This document shows positions 12,367 through 24,463 of a stretch of 64,000 nt of DNA, piece by piece (position 1 is the first letter of the stretch; every line of letters begins with the position of its first letter). The position numbers were made by a program, and so were the translations under genes. The notes below the pieces were generated by a model. That model worked only from the letters and a program-made list of their open reading frames with translations. It had not been told where the DNA came from and made no database searches. The stretch lies in assembly GCA_951406725.2 (NCBI GenBank), contig OX597843.1, forward strand, positions 1,426,001 to 1,490,000. The letters are read 5' to 3'. Source of the DNA: Octopus vulgaris (taxonomy: Eukaryota).

Positions 12367-14681
12367 TTGTGTGTCTGGTGTCTTCTGCTATAGCCCCGGG
12401 ACGACCAATGCCTTGTGAGTGGATTTGGTAGACGGAAACTGAAAGAAGCCTGTCGTATATATGTATATATATATATAAGTGTGTGTGTATATGTTTGTGT
12501 GTCTGTGTTTGTGTGTCTGTGTTTGTTCCCCTAGCATTGCTTCACAACCGATGCTGGTGTGTTTACGTCCCCATCAGTGGTTCGGCAAAAGAGACCGATA
12601 GAATAAGTACTGGGCTTACAAAGAATAAGACCCGGGGTCGAGTTGCTCGACTAAAGGCGGTGCTCCAGCAAGGCTGCAGTCAAATGACTGAAACAAGTAA
12701 AAGAGTAAAAGAGTAAAGAGAGTAACTAAACACTTTTAAACTTCGTATTCTGGTAGAATGTGTCAAAATAAAACATCTTTTTCTCTTGGCTTTATTGAGA
12801 AAATTCTATAGTTTGTAAGATATTTGTTGTTTTTTTTCTTCAATTTCTGCAATTTCAACCAATCAATGACGTCTATTGAGGTAAAAAAACCTTCTGTGCC
12901 GTATGAATATGTCCCTCGCTTGGATCTTTTCGGTTTGAACGGCAGTTTTTCAAAATAATTTCCACGTAACTAAACACTTTTAAACTTCGTATACCGGTAG
13001 AATGTGTTTATAAAACATCTTTTTCTCTTGGCTTTATTGAGAAAATTCTATAGTTTGTAAGATATTTGTTGATTTTTTTCTTCTATTTCTGCAATTTCAA
13101 CCAATCAATGACGTCTATTGAGGTAAAAAAAACCCTTCTGTACCGTATGAATATGTCCCTCGTTTAAGAAACAGATTGGGTTTATTTACATTTGTTAAGA
13201 AAAATAAGATACCCTTCCCCCACCCCTAAAAGAGATTGAAATGCAATAGATCAATACTAGGGGTCATAATTATGGGTGACAATTTCATATGACACCGCTA
13301 GAAAAATCTGCTGTTCAAACAGAAAAGATCCCAGTTAAGCAGTGGGGTTGATGTAATTGACTGTCCCCCGCCCCACAAAATTTCAAGCCTCATGCCTATA
13401 ATAGAAAGGATTATTATCACAGATAATATTATCAAATGGATGTTGGCTTCAAATTTTGGCACAAGGCCAGCAATTTCAAGAGAGGGAATCAGTTCATTAC
13501 ATCATCCCCAATGATCCATTGTTACTCACTTTATTGACCTCGAAAGGGATGAAAATCAAAGTCATCCTCAGCAGAATTCGAACTCAGAATGCAGAGATGG
13601 ATGAAATATCACTAAGCATTCTACTCAACATATTAATGATCCTGCCAGCTCGCCACCCCTTAATGTTATCGAATGGATATTATGATCAGTGTTAGGAGTG
13701 TGTAAGGCAGTGAACCGGCGGAACCGTTAGCACATCGGACTAAAGGCTTTGTGGCATTTCTTCAGGTTTTGAGTTCAAACCTGACTCAAAGTTAACTTTG
13801 CCTTTTGTTCTTTTGAGGTCAACAAATTAGGTACCAGCTGAGAAACGGAGAGGGGGGGGGTCAATATAATCAGCTAGCCCCCAAAATTCCAAGCCTTGTG
13901 CTTAATGTAGAAGGAAGCATGTGGAGTTTGTGACAACTGGGAACAAGAGAGAGAGAGGGAGTGAAAGAGATACTGAAAGGCCTTACCAGCTGGTTACAGA
14001 AATAATAATAATAATAATAAAAATAGATGCGCCCTTTTAAAGCCTAGTCAGGCTCATGGGCCCGGTTTCCCGGTTTCAATGGCGTATGTGTTCCCCAGCT
14101 GGACGGGATGCCAGTCCATTGCAGCGTTACTCATTTTTGCCAGCTGAGTGAACTGGAGCAATGTGGAATGAAGTGTTTTGCTCAAGAACACAACGCGTCG
14201 CCCGGTCCAGGAATTGAAACCACAATCTTACGATCATGGAGCTGACACCCTAATAACTAAGCCATGTGCCTCCACAATAATAATAATAATCATCATCATC
14301 ATTGTTTAGCGTCCGTTTTCCATGCTAGCATGGGTTGGACGGTTCAACTGGGGTCTGGGAAGCCAGAAGGCTGCACCAGGCCCAGTCTGATCTGGCAATG
14401 TTTCTACGGCTGGATGCCCTTCCTAACGCCAACCACTCCATGAGTGTAGTTAATAATCCTTTCAACTGGGGGTAAAAGGCCTAACATTTGTGGAGAGGGG
14501 ACTGGATGATTACACTGACTCCAGTGTGAAACTGGCACTAAATTATCGACCCCAAAAGGATGAAAGGCAAAGTCGACCTCAGCAGAATTTGAACTCAGAA
14601 TGCAGCAGCAGGCAAAGTACTGCAAAGCATTTTGTCCAGTGTGCTAATGATCCTGCCAACTCACAGCCTTATTATTATTAC

Positions 14682-14718
<37 letters not shown>

Positions 14719-15593
14719 GAGTGAGAGAGCAGTGCATGCCATCAAAGCGACACTGGGGTAAAATATACGAAGCCCAGTATATCCATCATGACTACACGTC
14801 TGATAAGGGTACACCAGGCACATGCATCATAACCATATGTGCACATGGTGATCTCATATCAAGATAAACAGCACATGACCTTGCAGGTGGGGCCCAGATA
14901 GAATTTTCTTCCTGTCGAGTAACCCATCCTGCTCAAAAGGTCCCTGAGTAAGGGTTGTTTAAGGATGTTGAACGAACCACTCATGTTTCCAGAGGTGAAT
15001 TATTCAAGCCCCAAAGAATCCCTCTCAACACATGGCTATGATACTCCCCCACTACTTCTGCTCGTGATAAGAGATGCACATATCGTCAGCCACTAAGGGA
15101 CATGCTCAACTGGTTAAGGTCAAACAATTGATAAGCAAATCTGTGGTATTGAGCAGAATATTTGCTGTAAAACCCATCTTTCATACCAAGACAAAACAAT
15201 GTACATGATAACACTTCCAATCAGTTAAGATCAGAAGCCATGAGAGCCACTGCCTGGTACTGCATCAGGGCATTTATTATTATTATTGTTTTTTTTTTCC
15301 TCTTCTTTCAAATTTGCTTCCATTTCTTGCCGAGTGTCTTCTTGACTCCTAGGGCAAAGAAACTCATTGTATACATTGGTAGGCCATTAAACTAAACTCA
15401 CTAGTTCATTCATTTTTTTCTTTTTTAAAGTTATTATTATTATTGTTATTATTATTATCATTATTATTATCATTATTATTATTATTATTATTAGCAGCAG
15501 TAGTAGTATGAAATTAATAAAATACTCACCAGCTAGTCTTTCCACAAAGGGAAAGTCTTTTATATCATAACTAATCACGATTTCTGGATCCAT
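2997..15593 (-). CDS. Spliced gene for a TIR-domain / HEAT-repeat protein (6 coding exons seen, about 390 aa, 3' end unresolved)
   Basis: Exons 15530-15593, 11863-11975, 10157-10305, 7426-8030, 5374-5475 and 2997-3135 all have GT-AG boundaries and matching phases. They join into one ORF: MDPEIVISYDIKDFPFVERLAAELKPYDWKVWYDK...IFLMVLSLDSIENVTCQNELALAYVTNSIIIPV...HRLTAIENLGSYSSPAVLHFLEDMLHESDPNIRAVATIALAKAGKGSKRETAEKILPMLQDKDRIVRESAVLSLGKLKDRSCVKAIIDR. Confidence 0.88.
3527..5172 (+). repeat. 108-bp tandem satellite, about 15 copies
   Basis: TAGAATGACATTGTAGGGTAGGTGTGAGAGGC recurs at 3535, 3643, 3751, 3859 and onward. Confidence 0.95.
5374..5475 (-). CDS. TIR-HEAT gene, coding exon 5 (HEAT-like repeat)
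   Basis: Acceptor ttctcag, donor GTAAGT, 102 nt, phase 1 to 1. LEDMLHESDPNIRAVATIALAK fits the HEAT consensus L..LL.D....VR..A..AL. Confidence 0.9.
5522..6541. repeat. (GATA/GACA)n microsatellite block
   Basis: Direct reading. Similar blocks at 24050-24780, 38900-39450 and 54740-55015. Confidence 0.95.
6759..7050 (+). mobile_element. SINE family C (GGAGGCACATGGCCTAGTGG tRNA-derived head)
   Basis: A box TGGCCTAGTGG, B box GGTTCGAATC, (AAAC)n tail. Also at 7117-7190 and about 10590-11080. Confidence 0.85.
7426..8030 (-). CDS. TIR-HEAT gene, coding exon 4 (end of TIR, Ser/Asp-rich linker, helical domain)
   Basis: Lies inside the complex-sequence ORF 7331..8044. Acceptor aacag, donor GTGAGT, 605 nt, phase 2 to 1. 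Confidence 0.9.
9236..9370 (-). mobile_element. Short RTE-like LINE fragment
   Basis: MHKIWSSNLSRDFRLKIFKATVEPVLLYGSETWTLSKKLERQL. Confidence 0.75.
10157..10305 (-). CDS. TIR-HEAT gene, coding exon 3 (IFLMVLSLDSIENVTCQNELALAYVTNSIIIPV...)
   Basis: Acceptor ttctag, donor GTAAGT, 149 nt, phase 0 to 2. Carries the TIR betaC-alphaC (CxxEL) and betaD (IIPV) motifs. Absent from the ORF track. Confidence 0.9.
11137..11604. repeat. Long inverted repeat (arms about 160 bp, spacer about 145 bp)
   Basis: 11137-11297 is the near-perfect reverse complement of 11444-11604. Confidence 0.92.
11383..11442 (+). ncRNA. Type I hammerhead ribozyme-like motif
   Basis: CTCTA-CTGAAGA-GGAATAAATCTT/ttat/GAGATTATTTCC-GAAA-TTG/att/CAA-TA-TAGAG: conserved core plus three pairable stems. 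Confidence 0.75.
11863..11975 (-). CDS. TIR-HEAT gene, coding exon 2 (ELKPYDWKVWYDK...AVVKSK)
   Basis: Acceptor tttgcag, donor GTGAGA, 113 nt, phase 1 to 0. 'KVWYD' matches the TIR betaB motif. Confidence 0.88.
12123..13331 (-). mobile_element. GG-TIR MITE (partial plus full copy) interrupted by a SINE at about 12166-12722
   Basis: TIRs at 12123, 12922 and 13331. The MITE sequence resumes after the SINE tail. Confidence 0.75.
15530..15593 (-). CDS. TIR-HEAT gene, first coding exon (MDPEIVISYDIKDFPFVERLA)
   Basis: ATG with an in-frame TGA two codons upstream. The acceptor (tttcag) at 15612-15613 implies an upstream 5'UTR exon. Donor is GTGAGT. 'IVISY' matches the TIR betaA (F/I-SY) motif. 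Confidence 0.85.
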
Positions 15594-16739
15594 GTTTCAC
15601 AATGTACAATCCTGAAATGAATGAAAGGGGTAGAATTTAATTAAACGTCTCGTTAACATCACCATCATCATCATCATCATCATCGTATATTTCTTTTACC
15701 CGTTTCAGTCATTAGACTGCAGACATGTTGGAGTACCATTTTGATGAATTTTAACTAAATGAAGCAACCCCAGTATTTATTTTTCAAGCCTGACATTTAT
15801 TCCATTGTCTCTTTTGCCAAACCACTGAGTTACAGGGACATAAACACACCAACACCGGTTGTCAAGCAGTAATGAGGGATAAACACAGATACAAAGACGC
15901 ACGCAAATATATATCATTGTCATGACCAATGCCAGTGCCGCCTAATTGGCAACCGTTATAAGAATATTAAATCTACCCCAGTATTTCACTGGTACTATAT
16001 TTTATCAGCCCTAGTGGTATAAAATGTAACAATTCCATTCACATCTAGAATGTTCTTGAGCAATATCAAATCAACCCCAGGATACATTATCTAAGATGCT
16101 TGATAGGAATATTAAATCCACCCAGTATGTCACTGGTACTTTATTTTATCAACCCCAGAAGGATGAAAGGTAAAGTTAATTTTAATGCTCTGTGATATAT
16201 GGTCATGGTTGGAGACAAGAAATGTCACTGAATAGAAATACATGGGTGACACAAGCCAATGTTGGGGGAAAAGCTGACCCCCCAGCATGGTGGTTCAAAG
16301 GGATAGAAATAGCAGCTAAATTTCCCTCAAATTATCACCACCACTGACTTTAATATGTAAGACACACTGGATAATGTGGTGTTAGATAGACTGAGTTAAA
16401 GATGGGATGGTCATGGCTGGAAAGCCTTTATTTGATCGTAGATCTGACAAGTCATTACTGACCCAGGGTTTGTTAACTGTAGCAGCAGCAGCAGTGACAA
16501 TACCTATTTCTTTATTACCCACAAGGGGCTAAACATAGAGGGGACAAACAACCACAGACATAGGTATTAAGTCGATTACATCGACCCCAGTGTGTAACTG
16601 GTACTTAATTTATCAACCCCGAAAGGATGAAAGGCAAAGTCGACCTCGGCGGAATTTGAACTCAGAACGTAACGGCAGCCGAAATACCGCTAAGCATTTC
16701 GCCTGGCGTGCTAACGATTCTGCCAGCTCGCCGCCACAA

Positions 16740-18380
16740 GAGCAGTGGCATCGGCAGTTGTAACCGATAGCAACATCAAAAGCAATAGTAACAACAGCAC
16801 CAGAGATAGCAACAACAATAATGAGTGGCAATAGCAATAGAGACAGCAGCAATAGCAGTTGCAATAGCAACAACAGTTGCAGTAGCAATGACAGTTGCGA
16901 TAGCAACAACAGCGGCAATTGCAACAACAGTGGTGATAGCAACGACCACAGAGTAACGGCAGCAACACCAACAACCACCGCAATAGCAACAACAGCAGCA
17001 ACAATAGCAACAGTGACAGCAATAATTGCAACAACAGCAGTAGCAATAGTGGTCACAATGACAGCAATAGCAACAACAACAACAGCAATAGCAGCAAGAA
17101 GTGCAATAGGTGCAACAGCAGCAATAGCAACAACAACAGCAATAGCAGCAAGAAGTGCAATAGGTGCAACAGCAGCAATAGCAGCAAGAAGTGCAATAAG
17201 TGCAACAGCAGCAATAGCAACAACAACAACAACAGCAGCAAGAAGTGCAATAGGTGCAACAGCAGCAATAGCAACAACAACAACAGCAGCAAGAAGTGCA
17301 ATAAGTGCAACAGCAGCAATAGCAACAACAACAACAGCAATAGCAGGAAGAAGTGCAATAGGTGCAACAGCAGCAATAGCAACAACAACAACAGCAATAG
17401 CAGGAAGGAGTGCAATAGGTGCAACAGCAGCAATAGCAACAACAACAACAGCAAGAAGTGCAATAGGTGCAACAGCAGCAATAGCAACAACAACAACAGC
17501 AAAGAAGTGCAATAGGTGCAACAGCAGCAATAGCAACAACAACAACAGCAATAGCAGAAAGAAGTGCAATAGGTGCAACAGCAGCAATAGCAACAACAAC
17601 AACAGCAGCAAGAAGTGCAATAAGTGCAACAGCAGCAATAGCAACAACAACAACAGCAGCAAGAAGTGCAATAGGTGCAACAGCAGCAATAGCAACAACA
17701 ACAACAGCAATAGCAGGAAGGAGTGCAATAGGTGCAACAGCAGCAATAGCAACAACAACAACAGCAGCAAGAAGTGCAATAAGTGCAACAGCAGCAATAG
17801 CAACAACAACAACAGCAATAGCAGGAAGAAGTGCAATAGGTGCAACAGCAGCAATAGCAACAACAACAACAGCAATAGCAGGAAGGAGTGCAATAGGTGC
17901 AACAGCAGCAATAGCAACAACAACAACAACAACAGCAATAGCAGCAAGAAGTGCAATAGGTGCAACAGCAGCAATAGCAACAACAACAACAACAACAGCA
18001 AGAGGTGCAATAGGTGCAACAGCAGCAATAGCAACAACAACAACAGCAATAGCAGGAAGAAGTGCAATAGGTGCAACAGCAGCAATAGCAACAACAACAA
18101 CAGCAATAGCAGGAAGGAGTGCAATAGGTGCAACAGCAGCAATAGCAACAACAACAACAGCAGCAAGAAGTGCAATAAGTGCAACAGCAGCAATAGCAAC
18201 AACAACAACAGCAATAGCAGGAAGGAGTGCAATAGGTGCAACAGCAGCAATAGCAACAACAACAACAACAACAACAGCAATAGCAGCAAGAAGTGCAATA
18301 GGTGCAACAACAACAACAGCAAGAGGTGCAATAGGTGCAACAGCAGCAATAGCAACAACAGGAAGAATAGGAACAAGACA
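16740..18380. repeat. Compound (CAA/CAG/TAG) microsatellite grown into a ~45-60 bp minisatellite
   Basis: The unit AAGAAGTGCAATAGGTGCAACAGCAGCAATAGCAACAACAACAAC repeats more than 20 times from about 17095. Confidence 0.95.
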
Positions 18381-18499
18381 AACATCATGAATGGCATTTA
18401 GTTGTGAACATTCACAGATAAAAACTGTGTCAACATAACAAAAATGCCTTTTCTAACATTAGGCTGGCGTTTTAGTTAATTACTGTTAATTAAAAACAG

Positions 18500-19355
18500 T
18501 CACACACACATATATATATACACACAGGCATATTTAGACATGTTTAGATACAGACACATGCACACGCAGATATATACACCCATACATGCACACACACACA
18601 CACATAAATGAACACACACACATATACACCCTTACATGTATACATATACACAGACATACATGCATTTGTGTATATACATACATGTACATGTATATACATA
18701 TACATACATGTACATGTATATACATACATATATATATATACATACATATATATATATATATATACATACATGTACATGTATATACATACATATATATATA
18801 TACATACATACATATATATATATATATACATACATACATATATATACATACATACATATATATATATATATACATACACATATATATACATACATACATA
18901 TATATATATATACATACATACATATATATACATACATACATACATATATATACATACATACATACATATATATATATACATACATATATATATATACATA
19001 CATACATGTATATATATACAAATATACATGATGTATATATACAAACATACATGTATATATATACAAACATACATATATATATATACATACATACATATAT
19101 ATATATACATACATATATATATATACATATATATATGCTAGCATGGAAAACGAACGTTAAACGATGATGATGATGATGATATACATATACCCACAAATAC
19201 ACACATATAGAGATATACATACATGTATATACATATAAACATATATACATATATGTATATAAAAACACACACACAAACATATATAAATACAGACACAGAC
19301 ACACCTATATACAGATAGATGCACACATGTACATAAACATACACACACACGTACA

Positions 19356-19389
<34 letters not shown>

Positions 19390-19400
19390 CATATGCATTC
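18500..19400. repeat. (TA/CA/TACA)n microsatellite block
   Basis: Direct reading. Similar blocks at 31215-31552, 31875-32160, 40438-40662, 42350-42546 and 62088-62285. Confidence 0.95.
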
Positions 19401-19874
19401 CTACACTCACACACTGTTAATTTGCAAGAATGTCTAGTAATACTAAACTACATATGCAAAAGGAAAAAAAAAAAAACAGTGTAAATTTAGTCCAACAAAG
19501 AATTTAGTCACTTCCTGGTGAGCCAAGACTGGTTCTTCGAAATAAACACTCTCTAGATAAAATTACAGCATTACTTAGCGACAGCTGACGAACATTCATT
19601 CTGAGTAAAGAACGAAGTGAGACTCACACACGCACTTTAGTTTTGTGGTTTCCACCCTTTTCTATATCCTGCACTCTGGGAAATCCTCAGCAGCATTTGA
19701 TAACCCCACCCTTTTTTTGTCTTCATAGTCACATGGATTGGATGGTTTGACAGAAATGGGTAACCCAGAGGACTGCACCCAAGTCCCAGTGTCAGCCTAG
19801 GGAGGGCCTCTGTACCTGAATACCCTTCTCTCTAACAACTACTGCTCTACAAAGAGTACTGGAATTATGTGTTA

Positions 19875-20168
19875 GTTAGTTAATTTTTTGGCTCAAAAAG
19901 CAAAAAGTAAGGCCATGTAGGGGGACATGGAGTTATGTACAGGGTGGTGTTCATGTAAAGAGTTCAGGCCACTTGAGGTCAAGGGAGACTTTGAACAGAG
20001 CAGTTGTCGGCATCTTCACTATCTCGTCTGCCAGCTTATTCCACGGATCCGCAACCCGGACGGAGAAAGCCCCTCTCCTTCGATTGAGATTAAATCGTCG
20101 CAGATAGAGCTTTTCGGAGTGACCCCGCAGCCGACACTCTGGAGCAGGAGTGAAGAACAGCTCTTTCA
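19875..20168 (-). mobile_element. CR1/L2-type LINE 3' fragment
   Basis: LRGHSEKLYLRRFNLNRRRGAFSVRVADPWNKL...FKVSLD is the CR1-like ORF2 C-terminus. A related 3' piece lies at about 29470-29570. Confidence 0.75.
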
Positions 20169-20810
20169 AGTGTGTGTGTGTGTGTGTGGTGTATGCATAT
20201 ATACATGCACACACATCTAGGTGCTGGCATAGTCATGTGATAAGGCGGTGAGCTGGCAGAATCGTTAGCACGCCGGGCGAAATGCTTAGCGGTATTTCGT
20301 CTGCCGCTACATTCTGAGTTCAAATTCCGCCGAGGTCCACCTTGCCATTCATCCTTTCGAGGTCGATTAAATAAGTACCAGTTGCGCACTGGGGTCGATA
20401 TAATCGAATTAATTCGTTTGTTTGTCCTTGTTTGTCCCCGCTGTGTGTAGCCCCTTGTGGGCAGTAAAGAAATAAGAAGTTCACTTCCCAACCATATGGT
20501 TCCAGGTTCAGTCCCACTGCATGACACCTTGGGCAAGTGTCTTCTCCTATAGCCTCAGGCCAATAAAAGCCTTATGAGTGGATTTGGTAGACGGAAACTG
20601 AAAGAATATATATCCTTCGTTTAAGAAACAGATTGGGTTTATTTACATTTGTGAAGAAAAAAAAGATACCCTTCCCCCCACCCCTAACCCTAACTCTAAC
20701 TAACCCTAACCCTAAAACAGATTGAAATGCAATAGATCGATACTAGGGTCATAATTATGGGTGACAATTTCATATGACACCGCTAGAAAAAACTGAAAAG
20801 ATCCTACATA

Positions 20811-21420
20811 CACTACAATGTCATTTTAAGAAACACAATCACATCATTGAAACCTCAAAGCTCTGAGATAATGCATAATTAATTCAAAACAAGGCCAGAT
20901 CCAGCCTCTCACACCTACCCTACAATGTCATTTTAAAAACACAATCACATCATTGAAACCTCAAAGCTCTGAGATAATGCATAATTAATTCAAAACAAGG
21001 CCAGATCCTGCCTCTCACACCTACTCTACTATGTCATTCTAAAAACACAATCACATCATTGAAACCTCAAAGCTATGAGATAATGCATGATTAATTCAAA
21101 ACAAGGCCAGATCCAGCCTCTCACAGCTACCCTACAATGTCATACCAAAAACGAGCTATCGTATTACTGAAACCTCAAAGCTCTGAGATAATGCATGATT
21201 AATTCAAAACAAGGCCAGATCCAGCCTCTCACACCTACCCTACAATGTCATACCAAAAATGAGCTATCACATTACTGAAACCTCAAAGCTATGAGATAAT
21301 GCATTATTAATTCAAAACAAGGCCAGATCCAGCCTCTCACACCTACCCTACAATGTCATACCAAAAACGAGCTATCGTATTACTGAAACCTCAAAGCTCT
21401 GAGATAATGCATTATTAATT
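20811..21420 (-). repeat. Same ~108-bp satellite, about 5-6 copies, reverse orientation
   Basis: Reverse complement of the unit at 3527-5172. Confidence 0.9.
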
Positions 21421-22274
21421 CATCGAAAGTGTTGTGTGAATAAATAAACATTCCGTTTGAAAGAGTAATCAGAATGCTGGAGGTACAACATTTGAGGAAA
21501 GAAAAATAAAGGAATTTAATTAAACAAAGAGAAGAAAGAAACAAAAACCACTGAAATACACACAAGAAATGCAATTAACAATAGCAGCTGTTTGGGAATT
21601 AAGTCACACTTCTAACGAGGAGTGACTGGAGATGTTTGAGATAACAGACAAATAACTGTCCCAAGTTTCAAGTACTATGGTGAGATTATGTTAATATCCT
21701 GTAATACATACATAGCAGTATTTATGTTATAATTATTGTATTATAATGAAGGTTTGGGTATGGGTGGGGGTGTTTATGTGTCTGAGAGAGAGAGAGAGAG
21801 AGAGAATATACTCTTTACTCTTTTACTCTTTTACTTGTTTCAGTCATTTGACTGCGGCCATGCTGGAGCACCGCCTTTAGTCGAGCAAATCGACCCCGGG
21901 ACTTATTCTTTTGTAAGCCCAGTACTTATTCTATCGGTTTCTTTTTTGCCGAACCGCTAAGTGACGGGGACGTAAACACACCAGCATCGGTTGTCAAGCA
22001 ATGCTAGGGGGACAAACACAGACACACAAACACATACACACACATACATACATATACATATATACGACAGGCTTCTTTCAGTTTCCGTCTACCAAATCCA
22101 CTCATGAGGCATAGGTCGGCCCGAGGCTATAGTAGAAGACACTTGCCCAAGATGCCACTCAGTGGGACTGAACCCGGAACCATATGGTTGGTTAGCAAGC
22201 TACATACCACACAGCCACTCCTGCGCCTATATGCTAATATTCTTTAAACCTTAAGCAAAGGTACAGTCACAGCT

Positions 22275-22820
22275 GTGTGGTAAGAAGTTTTCTTCCCAAC
22301 CTCATGGCTCCAGGTTCAGTCCCACTGCATGGCACCTTGGGCAAGGTGTCTTTCTTCTACAACAGCCCCTGGGCCAATCAGAGATTTGTGGAGGCACATG
22401 GCCTAGTGGTTAGAGCAGCGGACTCACAGTCGAGGGATCATGAGTTCGAATCCCACTGCATGGCACCTTGGGCAAGGTGTCTTTCTTCTACAACACACCC
22501 TGGGCCAATCAGAGCTTTACGGGAGCACATGGCCTAGTGGTTAGAGCAGCGGACTCACAGTCGAGGGATCATGAGCTCGAATCCCACTGCATGGCACCTT
22601 AGGCAAGGTGTCTTTCTTCTACAACACACCCTGGGCCAATCAGAGCTTTATGGGAGCACATGGCCTAGTGGTTAGAGCAGCGGACTCACAGTCGAGGGAT
22701 CACGGGTTCGAATCCCACTGCATGGCACTTGGGCAAGGTGTCTTTCTTCTACAACAGCCCATGGGCCAATCAGAGCTTTGTGGAGGCACATGGCCTAGTG
22801 GTTAGAGCAGCGGACTCACG
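22275..22820 (+). repeat. ~119-bp tandem repeat (about 4 units) made of fused SINE B and SINE C heads
   Basis: The unit CACATGGCCTAGTGGTTAGAGCAGCGGACTCAC...TTCGAATCCCACTGCATGGCACCTTGGGCAAGGTGTC repeats. Confidence 0.85.
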
Positions 22821-24409
22821 GTTTTTATGGCTGGATGCCCTTCCTAATGCCAACCACTCCAAAACTGTAATGGGTACTTTTTACATGCCACCAGCAATGG
22901 CCATGTGTATGGTTTCACAGGTGTTAATTACCAGACAATTGCCATGACTACAGTTTCACTTAGCTTGACGAGTCTTCTCAAGCACAGCATTACACCAAAG
23001 GTCTCAGTCACTTGTCATCACCTCCGTCAGGCCCAACATTCAAAGGTTATGCTACCAGCAAGGGCCATGATTATGATTTCATGGGTGCTATTTAGATGAC
23101 ACCATTAACAGCCTTGACTATGGTTTCATGTGTGTGTGTTTGTACTTTACCTATTTCTTTCCTACCCAGAAGGGGGGACAAAGAAGGACAGACAAATGGA
23201 TTAAGTCGATTATATCGACCCCAGTGTGTAACCGGTACTTAATTTATCGACCCCGAAAGGATGAAAGGCAAAGTCGACCTCGGCGGAATTTGAACTTGGA
23301 ACGTAGCGGCAGACGAAATACCTATTTCTTTACTACCCACAAGGGGCTAAACACAGAGAGGACAAACAAGGACAGACAAACGGATTAAGTCGATTACATC
23401 GACCCCAGTGCGTAACTGGTACTTATTTAATCGACCCTAGAAGGATGAAAGGCAAAGTCGACCTCAGCAGAATTTGAACTCAGAACGTAACGGTAGATAA
23501 AATACCGCTAAGCATTTCGCCTGGCATGCTAACGATTCTGCCAACTCGCCACCTTTATGTGTGTATATACTTTACCTTTTATCTTTTACTTATTTCAGTC
23601 ATTAGACTGTGGCCATGCTGGGGCACCACCTTGAAGAGTTTTTAGTCAAGTGAAACGACTTGCACAAGTAAACTTACAGAGGAACTGAACCCAATACCAC
23701 ATGGTTGGGAAGCAGGCTTCTTTACCACACAGCCAATACCAATAAGTGAAAATCTACCTACAGCTATTGACACAGTTTTGATGTGTGAGCCAAAGTTCAG
23801 GACCCTCACACCTCCTCATTCTCAGCTACTGCCACCACCACCACCACCATTTCTGTTAGGAGTGGATTTTACAAAGGAATGTGTACAAAGTGACTGCCAT
23901 ACCATTACGGAGGTATTTATATGCCATCTCTTCAATATGTTTGACTTCTCTACCTGCAAATCTATACAAATGTCACACCTAATCTAATCAGCTACACCCA
24001 CAGATTCTCTCTCTCCACTTCTTCCTGCCTACCTACTTATCTGTCTGCTTTCACCTACCCGCTTGTCCATCCATCCATCCACACTCATCTATATTTATCT
24101 ATCTTTCCACCTGTTTATCCATTTTTATACCTATCCATTTGCCTATCTAGCTACCCATCCATCAGTACATCTATCTGTATGTCTGTCTGTCTATCCATCC
24201 ATCCATTTATCTAGCTATATGTCTGTCCTTCCTTCTTTCCTTCCTTCCTTCCATACATCCATCCAGTCATCCAGTCATCTGTCTAACTATCCATCCATCT
24301 ATATATCTCTCTAGCTATCCATTTACATCTTTGGTCATCCATTTAGCTTTCTATTTGTCTATCCATCTCTCTAACTATCCATCTATCTCTTTAGCTATTC
24401 ATTTATCTC

Positions 24410-24463
<54 letters not shown>

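Noticed and set aside
16613-18401. ORFs of 594, 526 and 442 aa (poly-Leu, Asn/Ser/Cys, poly-Cys)
   Set aside because: They are translations of a trinucleotide-derived minisatellite that lacks stops in several frames; no domain or splice support.
20680-20716. (CCCTAA)n telomere-like repeats
   Set aside because: Only a few units, and internal to the GG-TIR MITE; not a telomere.
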